Assembly (NCBI RefSeq): GCF_018977255.1
Contig: NW_024704743.1
Location: forward strand, 2,358,001-2,422,000
Length of the DNA: 64,000 nt
Source: Callorhinchus milii
Taxonomy: Eukaryota
Direction: 5' to 3'
In this document: in pieces, positions 61,641 through 64,000 of the stretch
Position numbering within the stretch: position 1 is the first letter of the stretch
How the letters are laid out: each line of letters opens with the position of its first letter
The notes under the pieces: generated by a model
Database searches by the model: none
Told to the model about the DNA's origin: nothing
Seen by the model: only the letters and a program-made list of their open reading frames with translations
Translations under genes and position numbers: made by a program

Positions 61641-62754
61641 GAACAATGGATTTTGATTGTTGTCAGACGGTGGAGACACAGAAAAACATAATTCCAAAGT
61701 GGTTTGTAATGCAGTGAGGTGGGTGGGAGGGAATGAGAGGCACTGTCTAGCAAATGGACAAACTTCCCACCTATACTGAGAGGCCTGCAAACCAGTCAAC
61801 AAAAAAACACTTCAAGTAGATTCATTGCAATCAGTTTCCTTTCGGTTCAGGAGAGACCTAAAAGGTCCGACTGTCAGATTCTTCAGCAATCGATCCACAA
61901 CAGACCAGGGCAGAGGAGAGCTGAGGAGGACTATTCACCAGCAATTGGATTGTTTGGGGAATTTGGGTGCGTTGGTTTACAATAGCCAATAGAACTGGGG
62001 CATCAGCCTCATCGCTGCGCTAATCTTGCTCAACTTTATTCACCAATAAATCACACCAATTTTTACAAGAGGAGATTGAAAACAAATTTGTCTTCATGCC
62101 ACGTGGGAGTTTGGCCAAATAAGCCAGGACTTTAATTAAAACATTTCTTTTCTACTAAAAGCTCATTTTTGCTGCCTTCAGTTTTGGACACAAATTGGCA
62201 GTGGCTGGAGTCCAACTTGGCTCAGCTGTGAAATGAGGAGATCGTATTCAGACCAGACAATGGCCACGGTTCCACAATGTAATCGTAAGCAACTTCCAGC
62301 AAAGTAGAGGCCGATGGAGGAAGAGGACATTGACACTCACGCATGGATCACGGCCAACATGATCACCACACGCTCCGCTTGGTGATGGAGCTTCCAGCAG
62401 AGGTAGACATGGATTCACTGTTGCTTCAGTGGGATTCCGAGCATAGCCAAATGTCCCCAAAGGAATCCCAAAACAAAACGAGGCTCAAGGGACAGTCAGT
62501 CTGAATGCAGTGCTATAGTCTAAGCTAAAGTCAACTCAGGAGTAACCTCGGACATCGAGTTAGATGTTACCATCATGCCATCGGTTGTCCGCTTCCTCCG
62601 TTCTTTTCCGAATGCGAATTTTTATGCAGAATTCCTTCCGCGACAGAACCCATCTCTGACCCTGAGCATCGGCTGAAAATAAATGACCTGTTCGAGGCGC
62701 GGGAGGAAAGGTGGAATGTTGTGTGACTGAACTATTTTGCCAAAACCGGTCGAC

Positions 62755-62840
62755 TCAAAATGCTTTCTGATGGCCGTTTGCAGAATGCAGGACTTTCTCT
62801 GCGTCTTTTTTACTGGTTGAAAGTTGCAACTTATCCAAAC
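62755..62840 (-). CDS. LMBR1: LMBR1 final coding exon (GLDKLQLSTSKKDAEKVLHSANGHQKAF*)
   Basis: Minus-strand acceptor CTCCTCAG| at 62841-62842, phase 1 matching the upstream exon. The C-terminal NGHQKA motif is as recalled for LMBR1. TGA at 62757-62755. Confidence 0.93.
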
Positions 62841-63792
62841 CTGAGGAGCGAAGAGAAAAATAAAAAGCACATTCCAGAAACTTTCAACAACAAACAACAA
62901 AGAATGCATTTTGTATAGCACCCGTCCTGCGCGACAGTGATGGAGCCCGGGGAAGGGAGGAAGTGACCGAAAGCGCAGTCAAAGATTAAAGTCTTCAGTC
63001 TGGATCTAAAATAATAATATAACCCTCTGATTATACGGACAGCTGATCACATCAAGCGTATCAAACAAAATGTTTCCGACAATAAATGTATAATTCGTGT
63101 TTGGTTTTTAATCGATAAATTGAAAAAATGGCGGTTGTCAGGAAACTGCAGCTCACAACAGCACCAACCAACCCCCACAATTTCCCGCAAAGTTCCGACA
63201 AACTTGCCTGTAATTTTCCTTAAATTTATCAGTTTTCCCCCCGACATATATGGCAAATATTTCTGCGATTCTCCATTGTCCCCGTCCATATCCCTCAACA
63301 GCACGTGACATTTACACAGCGACTGTCACGCCAGACGGATCTCCCAAGACATTGGACAGTCGAGGGTTGTCACCCAAGCTGTGGCTGGAGTCAAGAGGTT
63401 GGAGGGCAATGGGGGTGGGGGGAGCGGAGTGACCGAACATGCGGTCAGAGGGAAAGTTTAAATACTGGTAGCAATTTCAGGCTGTGATGTGATTCTGGGG
63501 TTTAGATTATAGTCATAAGGCACAACATGAGGGGAGAGCGGGAGGGGTGGGACTAGGGGTGGGAGCGGGGAATGGCCTCCTTCTGTGCTGTAAGATTCTA
63601 TGGTTCTGTCCTGTTCTGCTGCTTTGAAATCACCTCACGATATGGTTTCAGTAATGTTGCATTTCTCCATTAACCAATGACCAAGTTATTAACTGTTAAT
63701 GCAGCTTTAACAGTGCGGGAAAATAGTGATATTGAGCTCCTTAGATTTATGGCTGAATTGATGGATCAGTAACGGCTGCCGTTGGTCATTAC

Positions 63793-63954
63793 CTAAAGCC
63801 TTCAAGAGTTCCTCACGAACGGCAGATGTAAATTTCCGTATAAGACAGAGAGTGGTTACCACAGCAAACAATAAATTGTACGAGACGACAATATAAAAGT
63901 TGCCAAGCCAGTTAAATCTTCCGAAGTCTCCCAGCAGATCAAATCGTGTTATTC
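63793..63954 (-). CDS. LMBR1: LMBR1 penultimate coding exon (ITRFDLLGDFGRFNWLGNFYIVVSYNLLFAVVTTLCLIRKFTSAVREELLKAL)
   Basis: 162 nt with CCCCAG| acceptor and G|GTAATG donor. The translation matches the highly conserved LMBR1 C-terminal transmembrane region. The rest of the gene lies beyond the window. Confidence 0.96.
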
Positions 63955-64000
63955 CTGGGGAAAAAAAGGTAGAAAAGTTATAACAATTCGCACTTACGTT

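Noticed and set aside
62841..64000. ZRS/MFCS1 limb enhancer of Shh
   Set aside because: The ZRS lies in LMBR1 intron 5. Only the last two exons are in this window, so it should be further along the scaffold.

Overview
This is vertebrate genomic DNA. The SINE/LINE repertoire suggests a cartilaginous fish, possibly a chimaera (inference from recalled repeat consensus, no database search). The window covers the conserved RNF32-LMBR1 locus at the distal edge of the Shh regulatory landscape. Bases 1 to ~41 kb are gene-free and full of tRNA-Ala-derived SINEs, older Deu-type SINEs, L2 and CR1 3' fragments and microsatellites, with unique islands in between that may be conserved enhancers. A complete RNF32 gene can be built on the + strand: a putative non-coding exon 1 ending at 42678 and 8 coding exons at 43741-55262, giving 390 aa with RING-H2, IQ motif and RING-H2, all introns GT-AG and in phase. 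The last two coding exons of LMBR1 are on the - strand (63954-63793 and 62840-62755), convergent with RNF32, with a probable ~6.6-kb 3' UTR. The most unusual structure is the RNF32 5' region: a tiny X-box-containing promoter/first exon between a 34-bp SOX-motif minisatellite and a G-quadruplex-type repeat, plus a possible spliced uORF. I found no convincing novel protein-coding or prokaryote-type system, and almost all ORF-track entries are spurious.
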